Origin: a virus
Taxonomy: Duplodnaviria; Caudoviricetes
Virus record (IMG/VR): IMGVR_UViG_3300021961_011268
Location: 2,085-66,084 of that record
Length of the DNA: 64,000 nucleotides
Direction: 5' to 3' (one strand)
Each line of letters begins with the position of its first letter. Position 1 is the first letter of the stretch. A program made the translations under genes and the position numbers. The notes beneath the pieces are model-generated. The model saw nothing but the letters and a program-made list of their open reading frames with translations, was not told the origin of the DNA and ran no database searches. This document shows, piece after piece, positions 36,701-46,198 of this stretch.

Positions 36701-38392
36701 TTAGTAGGCCATTGCTTCGTCATAACCAAAGGTATTTCGTAAACTTGCAATAGGCATAGAAGCTCCATTTAAATTTGTTGTTTGTTGCGAATTATTAACA
36801 ACCTGCGTTGATGCATCTTGGGGTGCTATTATTACATTATTTCCATTTGCAGATTGCTCAGCGTCTCTATTAGCTTGTGCTAATTGACTTGCTTTATTAA
36901 CATCTCTTGCTATTAACGCTGCTTCAGTGGCAAGACTTAGTGCTGTTCCTACACCGGGGAACGTTGAAGCAATACCTCCACCTAGCTCTAAAGCTGCTCC
37001 AACAAAATCACCCTTTATAGCTCTTTTGACAGCGAATCCTGAACCCATTATTAAGCCAAGGCCAGGAAGTTTTTTAAAAAAGCCTTTAGCTAATCCTTTT
37101 GCGGCTGCTTCACCAGTTTCCTTTGCAGCTACTACTGCGACTTGTTTACCGGCTGTTTTTGCAGCTACGTTTGTAGCAGTTTGTGCTGCACCTTTAACAC
37201 CTTTCCCTACTGTTTTTGCTACACCAATTGCACCTTTCCCTACTGTTTTTGCTACACTAATTGCACCACTTACAATTCCCTTCAATGCTTTAAATCCTTT
37301 AAGAAGTTTATATGCAATAAAAGTTTCGATCAATAATTCGAGGCCAGTCGATATCACATCGCCATGCTCTTTAAAAAAATCTACGATTCGAGTGAACGTT
37401 GATACAATACTTTCTTTTAAGGATACTAGATCATCTATAAGTTTCCCAGATTTTAAATATTCTATTAAATTTTTAAAAGCATCTGACTTAATAAACGTAT
37501 TGAATCCTAGTACTAGTGCTATCAATCCAGCACCTTTAAGAGCAGTCTTAATAAAATCCCAAAGAGTTTCAGCGCCGGCTTTGATTTTTTCACCAACAAA
37601 TTCCACCCCTTTACCAGGAGCCTTTTTAACCTTTTCTAGTAAAGATTCTTTATTAGCTAGTTTTTCAATCTTAGCTCTTTTCGCGTCTGCTTTAGCTGCA
37701 GCTAGTATTTCTTTTCTTCGCTCGGCAACTTGTTTTTTAAAATCTTCTTTTTCTTCTTTTCTTTGTTTTATACGGTCTGCTCGCTGTTCCCAAAATTCGA
37801 ATTTACGCATTTCATGTGCGACGACCATTTCAGTTAACGTGAATTTGCCTTGTTCATATATACTTTTAAGAGTTCCTAATAAACCTTTTCTTTGCTCTTG
37901 AGCTTGCTTTTGAGCTTGCTCTTGAGCTGCTCGAGCTTTTCGTCCATCCGTTAATAACAGTTGAGGGACATCATTAATAGCAGCTGGTAGAGCTAATAAT
38001 GCAGGCTTTAGTTGTGACACGACTTCATTAGAAAAATCTGTTGTTATTTGAATTAATTTGCCTATATTATCTTGTACGGCTTTATGAGTTAGGCTATCTT
38101 TTTCTGTAATTTTTAATATATCGCCTATATTATTTTGTACGGCTTTATGAGCTAGGCTATCTTTTTTTACAATTTTTAATATAGTTTTATCATGGTCTTT
38201 TATTTCTTTATTATGTTTTTCTAGCTTTTCGTTATATTCGTTCTGAGTATCAAGTTTAGAGCTAATATCATCATGTCTTTTAGAATCATCTTCATCAGTA
38301 GATAACTTCGCAATGGCTTTATTTAAACCTTTGTTTTCCTCTTGTTTAAATTCTTCTTTCTCTTTACTTCGAAGAGATTTTACGTCTTCCAT
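36701..38392 (-). CDS. Probable baseplate hub / tape-measure protein (gp29-like)
   Basis: Charged coiled-coil N-terminal half, Gly/Ala-rich C-terminal half (KKLPGLGL...GDFVGAALE); position after gp26/51. Confidence 0.55.
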   Translation of the reverse strand: MEDVKSLRSKEKEEFKQEENKGLNKAIAKLSTDEDDSKRHDDISSKLDTQNEYNEKLEKHNKEIKDHDKTILKIVKKDSLAHKAVQNNIGDILKITEKDSLTHKAVQDNIGKLIQITTDFSNEVVSQLKPALLALPAAINDVPQLLLTDGRKARAAQEQAQKQAQEQRKGLLGTLKSIYEQGKFTLTEMVVAHEMRKFEFWEQRADRIKQRKEEKEDFKKQVAERRKEILAAAKADAKRAKIEKLANKESLLEKVKKAPGKGVEFVGEKIKAGAETLWDFIKTALKGAGLIALVLGFNTFIKSDAFKNLIEYLKSGKLIDDLVSLKESIVSTFTRIVDFFKEHGDVISTGLELLIETFIAYKLLKGFKALKGIVSGAISVAKTVGKGAIGVAKTVGKGVKGAAQTATNVAAKTAGKQVAVVAAKETGEAAAKGLAKGFFKKLPGLGLIMGSGFAVKRAIKGDFVGAALELGGGIASTFPGVGTALSLATEAALIARDVNKASQLAQANRDAEQSANGNNVIIAPQDASTQVVNNSQQTTNLNGASMPIASLRNTFGYDEAMAY

Positions 38393-38399
38393 TAGCTAA

Positions 38400-38861
38400 T
38401 TACCTCTCTGTTGTCGACTCTAGTTGTACAACACCATTATTAATAAGCTTTGCTCTATTCTTCATATGCTGTTCTTTGAGTTCTTCTTTACTTCCCCCAA
38501 AATAAGGAACGGCATGTCCTTCCATAATCATTATTTCTGTCACTGGAATCCAATTATCTGTAACTGGATAATACACAATAAAATCTCCTAGGATACGGCC
38601 AAATTTGCCTTTCATATCCTCACCTTTTTTATTGATTTGTGTTTTTAATATTGGATTACCTTTAAGCAATTCTTTCAATCTTGCTTTTGCAGCAAGACCA
38701 AATTTCTTTTCAACAATATCACTTGTACGAGATTCAGGAGTATCAATTCCCATAATACGCACACGTTCACCTTTAATCATGATATTAAAACCAAGATCGA
38801 TATCAACATCAACAGTGTCGCCATCAACTACTTTATTTATTTTACAGTTGTATTCGTACAT
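38400..38861 (-). CDS. SNase-like thermonuclease
   Basis: VVDGDTV, RIMGIDTPE and GKFGRIL motifs. Confidence 0.9.
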   Translation of the reverse strand: MYEYNCKINKVVDGDTVDVDIDLGFNIMIKGERVRIMGIDTPESRTSDIVEKKFGLAAKARLKELLKGNPILKTQINKKGEDMKGKFGRILGDFIVYYPVTDNWIPVTEIMIMEGHAVPYFGGSKEELKEQHMKNRAKLINNGVVQLESTTER

Positions 38862-39004
38862 TATCTACTTCTCATCTTTCTGGCTTCTTCTTCGTTTAAT
38901 CGTTTTTCTTCTTCTAAATGATCTTGTAATAGCGAAATATATACGTCTAGTTCCCAAGGTATTAAATTCTCTATCTCAGTCAAACTATATTTAAAAACAT
39001 GCAT
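38861..39004 (-). CDS. Small gp51-like baseplate chaperone segment (47 aa, not in the ORF track; may be reached by frameshift)
   Basis: Hand translation MHVFKYSLTEIENLIPWELDVYISLL...; frame open upstream to the end of gp26. Confidence 0.75.
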   Translation of the reverse strand: MHVFKYSLTEIENLIPWELDVYISLLQDHLEEEKRLNEEEARKMRSR

Positions 39005-39057
39005 TAAAGTAAAACTCGTCTTATAATAGTTTATAAGATTATTATGAGATAGAGCTA

Positions 39058-39768
39058 CTAAAAAAAATCATTCAGGCCTTTTATATTTACTTCATAATCT
39101 TCATTACAAGATGTACACTTTTTTGTTTCATTATATTGCAAATAAGGCATTTCTTCAGCGACAAATGCGGCAATTTTTTCAAACTGGTTTGACGATAATG
39201 AATCAATAAATGCATCTTGATCTTTGGTACTTTCATCAGCAAAAATAATTCTTTCGTCTTCTGTATTTACTGCTAAAATAGACGATTTAATTATTTCAAA
39301 TGTTTCAGTTGTTTCACTTTTATTTGCAGTAGATAAATTTACTAACTCATCATAAGTATAAAATTTCATTTCAAGAGATACATCATTTGTTAGTTTAACA
39401 ATTTTGTCTACTTTTGTAGCATCTTTACTCATTACTACATCGTTAATATTCACTTTAATATCGTTTTGAGTATCACAATGAGGGCATTTATATATTAAAT
39501 CAACGTTTTCGCCGGTTGATTGAGCTCTCAATTTAACAAAAATATACTCAACATCGAATGATGTAAGCTTTTTTGTATCAACATCTTCTACGCACGCATC
39601 AATTAATTTTAAAATTGATCTCATAATCATTTTATCATCATTTGATTCTTTTGCTTGAAGCAGAATCTTTTCTTCTTTTACCAGGTAAGGTCGATATGAA
39701 ACAGTTTTTCCTGTACTCGGTATAGTCATTTCATGCAAGGTTGCATTATTTAAAATTGGCAAAGCCAT
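39058..39768 (-). CDS. 26: Baseplate hub assembly chaperone gp26(/51)-like
   Basis: MALP, YRPYLVKEEKILL, DVEYIFVKLRAQS, CPHC and CTSC; ends in DFF. Confidence 0.85.
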   Translation of the reverse strand: MALPILNNATLHEMTIPSTGKTVSYRPYLVKEEKILLQAKESNDDKMIMRSILKLIDACVEDVDTKKLTSFDVEYIFVKLRAQSTGENVDLIYKCPHCDTQNDIKVNINDVVMSKDATKVDKIVKLTNDVSLEMKFYTYDELVNLSTANKSETTETFEIIKSSILAVNTEDERIIFADESTKDQDAFIDSLSSNQFEKIAAFVAEEMPYLQYNETKKCTSCNEDYEVNIKGLNDFF

Positions 39769-39803
39769 AATATATTATCTCCAATAGTTTATATTATAAT
39801 CAT

Positions 39804-39811
39804 TATTTATA
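39804..39811 (-). promoter_or_regulatory. T4-type late promoter
   Basis: TATAAATA on the minus strand upstream of gp26. Confidence 0.6.
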
Positions 39812-39815
39812 ATCG

Positions 39816-40544
39816 TTAAAATAGTTGTGCAACTCGTGATATAAGTGAGCCAGCAAGAACTTTACCTAGTTCTTCATCTTTATTTGATATTCCTGGGATT
39901 CTTGTTTTAAAATCATCATAATTTAATTCTACTGTAAGCTCCGCAATTCCATCGAGTTCATTATTAAATTCAAAACCTGACACAATTTTAGGAAATGCTC
40001 TATTTAATATCACTTCATATGTTATTTGATCATCAGTTATAAAATCAAGATCAATTTCGCCTTGAGCTAAATCAAATGGTCCAATTTTTGGTAATCTATT
40101 TTGTAAGTTTGAAGGAAGCTTTGGTAAACCCAATGATGTTTGATAAACTGGTAAACCAAAACCTTTTTTAAGAGCTGATATAATTACAGTTTTTTCGTAT
40201 TCCGATTTATATCTAACTTCGTATGTATCTTCATTAAATGCCAAAGCCTGCCAACGATCAAAATAATCTTTGATGCCGAAATCATTTAATACCATAAAGG
40301 TCATAGATACATCTCCATAAGTAATACCATTTACTTGCTGTACTTGTATCGCCCCAATAGTTTTTTCTGCGCTCACTAAATTTTTGCCTGGTATGTTAAC
40401 AGCTTTACATAATAAATTATGTTCACGACTAGCATTACCATTTGGACTGCCGAGCGATGGAAGCGTGACTTTATATAAATTAGTATGTGCTACACCTCCA
40501 CCTTTGCCAATCACAGATTTTAATTGATCTACTGAATATACCAT
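39816..40544 (-). CDS. Tail tube initiator / tube-like protein (gp54-like)
   Basis: GGVAHTNLYKV, LC..VNIPG, YFDRWQ and AFP motifs; synteny. Confidence 0.65.
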   Translation of the reverse strand: MVYSVDQLKSVIGKGGGVAHTNLYKVTLPSLGSPNGNASREHNLLCKAVNIPGKNLVSAEKTIGAIQVQQVNGITYGDVSMTFMVLNDFGIKDYFDRWQALAFNEDTYEVRYKSEYEKTVIISALKKGFGLPVYQTSLGLPKLPSNLQNRLPKIGPFDLAQGEIDLDFITDDQITYEVILNRAFPKIVSGFEFNNELDGIAELTVELNYDDFKTRIPGISNKDEELGKVLAGSLISRVAQLF

Positions 40545-41137
40545 TAAATCATACTCCTTGAATCTCGCCATACTTTACCTTGACTTCCTTTCTCCCAATC
40601 AGCCGTTGGAAGAAATGCAGCAATTTCCCATTCAGGAGGAGAAACAAGAGCAAATCTTGATCTTACATGGTCGGTCAAATAATGTTTGAAAGCAGGTTTA
40701 AACCATTTATATTTTGCTGCAGATTTTAACTTTTGATAGTTAAGTTGCAATCTTGTTGTTTCATCATTTTTTTGATTATTTGTAGGTGTATCATTAATTA
40801 AAGAATCAAGAAGTTTTCCTCTTAAAAGAGGTGGAAGATAATGCATATTTAATCCATAGAATCCACCTGGAGCTTTTTCAATAACAATTGTAAGAGGAAA
40901 TCTATCATAATATGGCAATGTGTCTTTCAGCTTTGGATCATAAAAATACATTACCATTTGTCCAGGTAAAAACCCTGATCGAAGAGTGACTTCTTCTTCC
41001 TTCATCAGCGCGCTACGTTTTGTTATTTTACCGAGTTCTTTGGCTTTTTGAGTAAACCATTCAATCGATTGTTTTGTCTTTGGCGTAATACCAGCTTTAA
41101 ATGCTTCAGCACTGAGTTCTTTAAATATTTCAGACAC
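40544..41137 (-). CDS. 2: DNA end protector protein gp2
   Basis: YFYDPKLKDTLPYYDRFPL, GLNMHYLP and KHYL motifs. Confidence 0.92.
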   Translation of the reverse strand: MSEIFKELSAEAFKAGITPKTKQSIEWFTQKAKELGKITKRSALMKEEEVTLRSGFLPGQMVMYFYDPKLKDTLPYYDRFPLTIVIEKAPGGFYGLNMHYLPPLLRGKLLDSLINDTPTNNQKNDETTRLQLNYQKLKSAAKYKWFKPAFKHYLTDHVRSRFALVSPPEWEIAAFLPTADWEKGSQGKVWRDSRSMI

Positions 41138-41162
41138 AAATTAATTCCTATTTAATATAGAT

Positions 41163-41717
41163 CTATTTATAATCGTATTTAAATAATTCAATATCTTTTT
41201 TATACTCGTAAGCCACAATATCAATAAGTTCTTGGTTATAATAATCGGTATAATGTGTATGTTCTGAAGTATTTTGCGGTTCTCCTAATGGTTCATATAC
41301 ATTATAAAAATCTTGTATTATTTTAAAATCTTTGTCTAAGTTTTCAAATTGAAGTATATGATCAATATTATCATTAATAAATTTATATTGCTCTTTTTTT
41401 ACACAACCATATCCTTTTACCCATTGTTTCTTAATAAATCCCGCAAAGTCATGTTTCATGTCAGTTGTTCTTTTGATATAATGATAACCTGAAACCATAC
41501 GATCCCAAGGATTACGAACAACTACAAATGTAGTACCAAGATCACCATATGTTTTTTGCAAAAAATTCATATCAGCATGCTTACCCATATAAATGCTTTT
41601 ATGACCTAATTGCTGAGTATTTGATATATGTTTTACTAACCAATTTGAAATAGATACTCCAGCAGTTTTTGGAATATGAATAAATGTGCTATATGGTTTT
41701 TCAATCAAAACTGTCAT
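41163..41717 (-). CDS. Sulfotransferase family 2 protein
   Basis: FIHIPKTAGVS and VRNPWDRMVSGY motifs. Confidence 0.85.
   Translation of the reverse strand: MTVLIEKPYSTFIHIPKTAGVSISNWLVKHISNTQQLGHKSIYMGKHADMNFLQKTYGDLGTTFVVVRNPWDRMVSGYHYIKRTTDMKHDFAGFIKKQWVKGYGCVKKEQYKFINDNIDHILQFENLDKDFKIIQDFYNVYEPLGEPQNTSEHTHYTDYYNQELIDIVAYEYKKDIELFKYDYK
41164..41171 (-). promoter_or_regulatory. T4-type late promoter
   Basis: TATAAATA on the minus strand upstream of gp2. Confidence 0.6.
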
Positions 41718-42213
41718 ATTTAGTTTTCTTTTTTCTGCCTCTACGCATTGTCATCGGTTTTAAAGGCTTTGTTGATTTTGGTTTAATTCCCATTTTTTCT
41801 AATTCGTTTTCAGTCCAAATCAAAAACTTCCAATTACGATCATCACAATATTCTTTTGCAGCTTTCCATTTATTATTATTCTTAATATAATCAAAGCTTT
41901 CATTTAAATATCTTTTTGTCTTTCTACCTGGAAATTTAGGCGGTTTTGTTTGTGAATATGGTTTTATTTCAATAAGAGCAACTTCGCCATTCTTAAATTT
42001 AATTTTAAGGTCTGGAAAATAACGATGGTACTTACGATCCATCTCATAAAAGTATGGAATGATAATTTCTTCTGAACTCCATTTGAGCACATCAGTATTA
42101 TTATCACACCATTTAAAACAATAACGTTCCCACATTGATCTCCATATGATTTTTGTTGGATCTCCTTCGTATTTATGTGGATTTTTTAATGTAAATTTAC
42201 CTGAATACGCCAT
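41701..42213 (-). CDS. 4: Head completion nuclease gp4
   Basis: NPHKYEGD, RSMWE, WSSEE, HRYFPD, EIKP and KW.AA motifs. Confidence 0.93.
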   Translation of the reverse strand: MAYSGKFTLKNPHKYEGDPTKIIWRSMWERYCFKWCDNNTDVLKWSSEEIIIPYFYEMDRKYHRYFPDLKIKFKNGEVALIEIKPYSQTKPPKFPGRKTKRYLNESFDYIKNNNKWKAAKEYCDDRNWKFLIWTENELEKMGIKPKSTKPLKPMTMRRGRKKKTKYDSFD

Positions 42214-42223
42214 GAATTATCTT

Positions 42224-42231
42224 TATAAATA
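42224..42231 (+). promoter_or_regulatory. T4-type late promoter
   Basis: TATAAATA upstream of the baseplate operon. Confidence 0.7.
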
Positions 42232-42264
42232 GAACTATTACTATATATTATATGGAGAAACTTT

Positions 42265-43281
42265 GTGCCAGAAACCCCAGAGATACAACCAGAAAGTGTT
42301 GAACCTGAATATAGCCTAAAAGAAGATTTTGATCTAAGATATCCTATAGATCAAAATTATTATCAGGCTGAAATTCGTTTTTCTGTATACGAAGTCGATA
42401 ATGATATTGCAGAACTTGATCTATCATTGCAACTAGGCGATAATAAAGCAGATGATGAAAAAAGTAATAAAGCAAATGGCGAGCAAATATCAAATCTCGG
42501 CGTTGATGAATTATTAAAGGGCAGCACCTCATCAAAATATAAAAAAGTAGAAGGAAGAGATGTATCTTTGTATCTTCCAGCAGGCCTTGCATTTAATGAT
42601 GGTGTTAGTTACGACCAAGTCAATATTGGCACTTTGGGAATAATAGCAGAAGGCATGATGGGCAGTAAAAAAGGTAATATGCTTAGTGATTTAGGGAAAA
42701 ATGCTACAGATATTTTAGAAAATTTGGGAAAAGGCGCAGGTGGCGGTGGCGATCTCGGAAAATTAATAAACGCAAAAATAGCTAGTTTTGGCGGAGAAGG
42801 TATTGGTGGTGCAGTATCTGGTGCCTTACGCGTAAAAGAAAATCCTCATACAAGAGTACTTTTTGGATCTGTGCCAATAAGAGAATTTCAGTTTGCATTT
42901 CAATTCTTACCGACTAGCAAAAAAGAAGTAAAGGCTATTCATAAAATAATTCGGGTCTTTCGAGAAGAACTTTATCCAAGAGGTATAGCAAAAGTTGGTA
43001 ATACTTATAATGGATTTGACTATCCTAATGTATTTAAAATAGAATTTTTTTATCAAGATAAACCCTTAACTAATGCTCCTAAAATTATTGAATGCTATTT
43101 AACCGGTGCTCAAACAAACTATAACCCAAACATAATGTCATTTTTTGAAGACGGAAAGTTCACAGAAATTACTTTAAATCTAACCTTTATCGAAGAAAGA
43201 ATTCTTGTAAGGCAAGATATTGAGGAACAATATAAGGAACAAGCGGAATTGGATAATCCAAATCTGGAGGTAGAGATTTAA
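42265..43281 (+). CDS. 48: Baseplate tail-tube cap gp48-like
   Basis: LYLP, NP, REFQFAFQFLP, YP..F.I and L.LTF.E motifs; synteny. Confidence 0.75.
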   Translation: MPETPEIQPESVEPEYSLKEDFDLRYPIDQNYYQAEIRFSVYEVDNDIAELDLSLQLGDNKADDEKSNKANGEQISNLGVDELLKGSTSSKYKKVEGRDVSLYLPAGLAFNDGVSYDQVNIGTLGIIAEGMMGSKKGNMLSDLGKNATDILENLGKGAGGGGDLGKLINAKIASFGGEGIGGAVSGALRVKENPHTRVLFGSVPIREFQFAFQFLPTSKKEVKAIHKIIRVFREELYPRGIAKVGNTYNGFDYPNVFKIEFFYQDKPLTNAPKIIECYLTGAQTNYNPNIMSFFEDGKFTEITLNLTFIEERILVRQDIEEQYKEQAELDNPNLEVEI

Positions 43282-43283
43282 TA

Positions 43284-44000
43284 ATGTCATCGTATTTTAA
43301 AAATTTCGAACAAATTGACTATCAATTCGGCAATGAAGTAACAACCGCAAAGATTCAAAACTTAACGCAGTCAGTAAGAATTGAAGATATTATACAAGAT
43401 GATATTTCATTTTATAATCTCTATACAATTCTTGATGGTGATCGCCCTGATATATTGTCTTACAAGTTTTATAAAAATTCAAAATATCATTATACATTTT
43501 ATCTTATGAACTCTAAGATACTCGAGTCAGGTTGGCCACTCGTATCAGCTGATGTTACTCAACTTGTTCAAACAGTACACCCAAATACAACACTTGTTAC
43601 CCAAGATAGATTAGACGGCAAAATGAATGTAGGACAAACGGTGACTGGATCTTCTTCAGGTGCAAGCGGTAAAATCGTGAGTAAAAGATATGACTTTGGT
43701 CAAATTATTATTGAAGGAACACATTCATTTAGTGGTAGTGAAGTAATCACATCAGATACTGGTGAAACTGTTACTCTTACTGCTGCGACTCCAGAATATT
43801 TATCGACTCATCATTATGTTGATGGTAACGGAAACTATGTTGATGTTGATCCTTTTTCAGGTGATCCAAGTATCTATACTGTAGTTACATTTCTTGATCA
43901 ATATAATAATGAAAATGATAATTTAAAACAGATACGTATTATAAAACCAAGCGCGATTAATCAAGTACATACTGAATTTATGAGACTTTTGAAAGAATAA
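43284..44000 (+). CDS. 53: Baseplate wedge gp53-like
   Basis: YFKNF, GDRPDILSYKFY, WP and NENDNLKQIRIIKP motifs. Confidence 0.8.
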   Translation: MSSYFKNFEQIDYQFGNEVTTAKIQNLTQSVRIEDIIQDDISFYNLYTILDGDRPDILSYKFYKNSKYHYTFYLMNSKILESGWPLVSADVTQLVQTVHPNTTLVTQDRLDGKMNVGQTVTGSSSGASGKIVSKRYDFGQIIIEGTHSFSGSEVITSDTGETVTLTAATPEYLSTHHYVDGNGNYVDVDPFSGDPSIYTVVTFLDQYNNENDNLKQIRIIKPSAINQVHTEFMRLLKE

Positions 44001-44003
44001 TAT

Positions 44004-45368
44004 ATGAGTGATATTAAACTAAAATCGCCATTTGATTATCGGCTTAAAGAAGTAACACTTTCAGCTGATCGGTTTGAAAATGATATTGATATAACATCGG
44101 TAATTGCTCAACTTGATATTTCAGAAAATATTAATCGGCCATTCCTTATCGGTAATCTCGTTATTGGAGATACGACTGGTTTATTTGAAAGAATTAATTT
44201 CGTCGGAACAGAAAAAGTCAATATTAAACTACATTTAATTGCAGAAGAACCTGTAATCATTAATAAAAATTTTCATATTACTGGTATTAATAACGTTGAA
44301 CAATCAAATGAATCTTCTGGGATTTTATCTATTGAACTAATTGAAGATCATGCTTATAGAAATTATTTAGAAAATGTGAATCGGCCTTATGAAGGTAATG
44401 CGACAAAAATTATTGAAGATTGTATTAAGGAATTTCTTGATAAAGAGCTTGAAAAAATAACAGATACAAATACTGAACTTGCTCCATTGAAATGCATCAT
44501 ACCAAATTGGCATCCGCTTGATGTTGTTAAATGGCTAACAAAATATATGATTCGTGATTTTGGATTTCCATATTTCTTTTATTCAACAATTCATAGTGAT
44601 AAAATACAAATGAATGATTTGTTGAATATATTGAAAGCACCAGTCGTAAATAGTATTCCATTTAATTATTCTATTGCTGCAGCAGCTGAAACAAGGAATA
44701 CTATTGAAGAACAATCATATGTTATTAACGATATTGATTTTAGTTCTAACTTAAACACATTAAATAAAATACGTGAAGGTGTTGTTGGATCAACAAATCA
44801 AACAGTTGATATTATTAAAAACTCTTCATCAAGAGAAATAATACATTTTGACATATATCAAATGTTCAAAGATATTAAAGCAAATGGCGCAATCAAAGCA
44901 AATCAAGCTTATATACCTTATGATAGTAAGGCAAAAGTTAATGATAAAATATTACACGATTATGATTCAAGACGTATATCAGAACTTGAAGTTAGTTATG
45001 TTTATGGTAAAGATATTCTTAATTTTACAAATGTAATGGATCTTGATAAACAACTATTGGCGAAATCAATTCTCAGTTGGTTAAATGAAAATAAAGTAAC
45101 AATTAAAATTCCTGGAAGAAATTTCTTAGAAACTTCAGATAGAAATGCAATTAAACTTGGCGATCAAATACAAATTAAAATTCTAAAACCAATACGAAAC
45201 GGTAGTTCACTTGAGACAGTTGAGCCCGATGGGGATATATACGATAAGAAAAGATCTGGCGAATATGTGATTCAAGCGATTCGACATATGTTTGTTTTTG
45301 ATCGTTATAGTGTTGTGGCTGAATGTACTAAGTTAACCGATATAGAAAACACTTTTGAGAAAATATAA
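44004..45368 (+). CDS. Baseplate hub protein (gp27-like)
   Basis: ISENI, IIPNWHP, FFY and SGEYVI..IRH motifs; lies between 53 and 5. Confidence 0.55.
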   Translation: MSDIKLKSPFDYRLKEVTLSADRFENDIDITSVIAQLDISENINRPFLIGNLVIGDTTGLFERINFVGTEKVNIKLHLIAEEPVIINKNFHITGINNVEQSNESSGILSIELIEDHAYRNYLENVNRPYEGNATKIIEDCIKEFLDKELEKITDTNTELAPLKCIIPNWHPLDVVKWLTKYMIRDFGFPYFFYSTIHSDKIQMNDLLNILKAPVVNSIPFNYSIAAAAETRNTIEEQSYVINDIDFSSNLNTLNKIREGVVGSTNQTVDIIKNSSSREIIHFDIYQMFKDIKANGAIKANQAYIPYDSKAKVNDKILHDYDSRRISELEVSYVYGKDILNFTNVMDLDKQLLAKSILSWLNENKVTIKIPGRNFLETSDRNAIKLGDQIQIKILKPIRNGSSLETVEPDGDIYDKKRSGEYVIQAIRHMFVFDRYSVVAECTKLTDIENTFEKI

Positions 45369-46198
45369 TGCAAACATTTTATGGAGATAGTACGCGTTGG
45401 TTTATCGGTATTGTTACGAATAATAACGACCATGAATTAAAACTAGGGCGAGTACAAGTACGTATATATGGTATTCATGATAATACAGTTGATATTGCAT
45501 ATAAAGATTTACCATGGGCTCAAGTATTAGTACCATCAACGGAAGATGGAACATCAGGACTTGGTTTGAGTCCAAATCTCAAAAACGGTGCTCAAGTATT
45601 TGGTATTTTTCTTGATGGAAAACAATCACAAGCTCCTCTTATACTTGGTTCAATACCAAAAATAGAAATACCAACAATAACAAATATTGATAAAGCAATT
45701 ATTAATTCAAAAGTAAATGATAAAACTCTTGATATATCAAAAGAGCCTGTTGAGAAAATTAATAACCAAAAAAATATTGTTAAACAAGAAGGTTCTACAA
45801 ATGCTGAAATAGCTTATAATTTCTTTATTGCAAATAGTTTGTCTGCTTATGCAAGTGCAGGAATTGTTGGTTGTCTTATTACAAAGGCTGGTGCTAATTT
45901 AGATCCAACACAATTTACAAGAAGAAATGTTGTTTATCCTATTAGTCGGCTTTCAAGATATAATAAGTTTTCACGTGAGCATAATCTTGATGCTAATACA
46001 TTGAATGCAGTTTTACAATTTATTATTTATGAAGGAAATAAATATCCAGGGTTAGGTTTCCAACAAACAGTTGAATCGACTGATATTAATAAAATTGCTA
46101 CTAATTTTGGAAAAAGGTATCTTTTAATTAATAATACTAATAAACTTAAAGAATGTATTAATAATGCAAAAGATGTATATGAAAGGTTTTCTGGATAA
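45368..46198 (+). CDS. 5: gp5 N-terminal OB-fold plus degenerate tail-lysozyme-like domain
   Basis: WFIG.V, LGRVQVRIYGIH, LPWA and VFGIFLDG..Q.P.ILG motifs. Confidence 0.85.
   Translation: MQTFYGDSTRWFIGIVTNNNDHELKLGRVQVRIYGIHDNTVDIAYKDLPWAQVLVPSTEDGTSGLGLSPNLKNGAQVFGIFLDGKQSQAPLILGSIPKIEIPTITNIDKAIINSKVNDKTLDISKEPVEKINNQKNIVKQEGSTNAEIAYNFFIANSLSAYASAGIVGCLITKAGANLDPTQFTRRNVVYPISRLSRYNKFSREHNLDANTLNAVLQFIIYEGNKYPGLGFQQTVESTDINKIATNFGKRYLLINNTNKLKECINNAKDVYERFSG

Noticed and set aside
36927-37901. 324-aa plus-strand ORF
   Set aside because: Antisense shadow of the Ala/Gly/Lys-rich minus-strand gene; no recognisable motifs.
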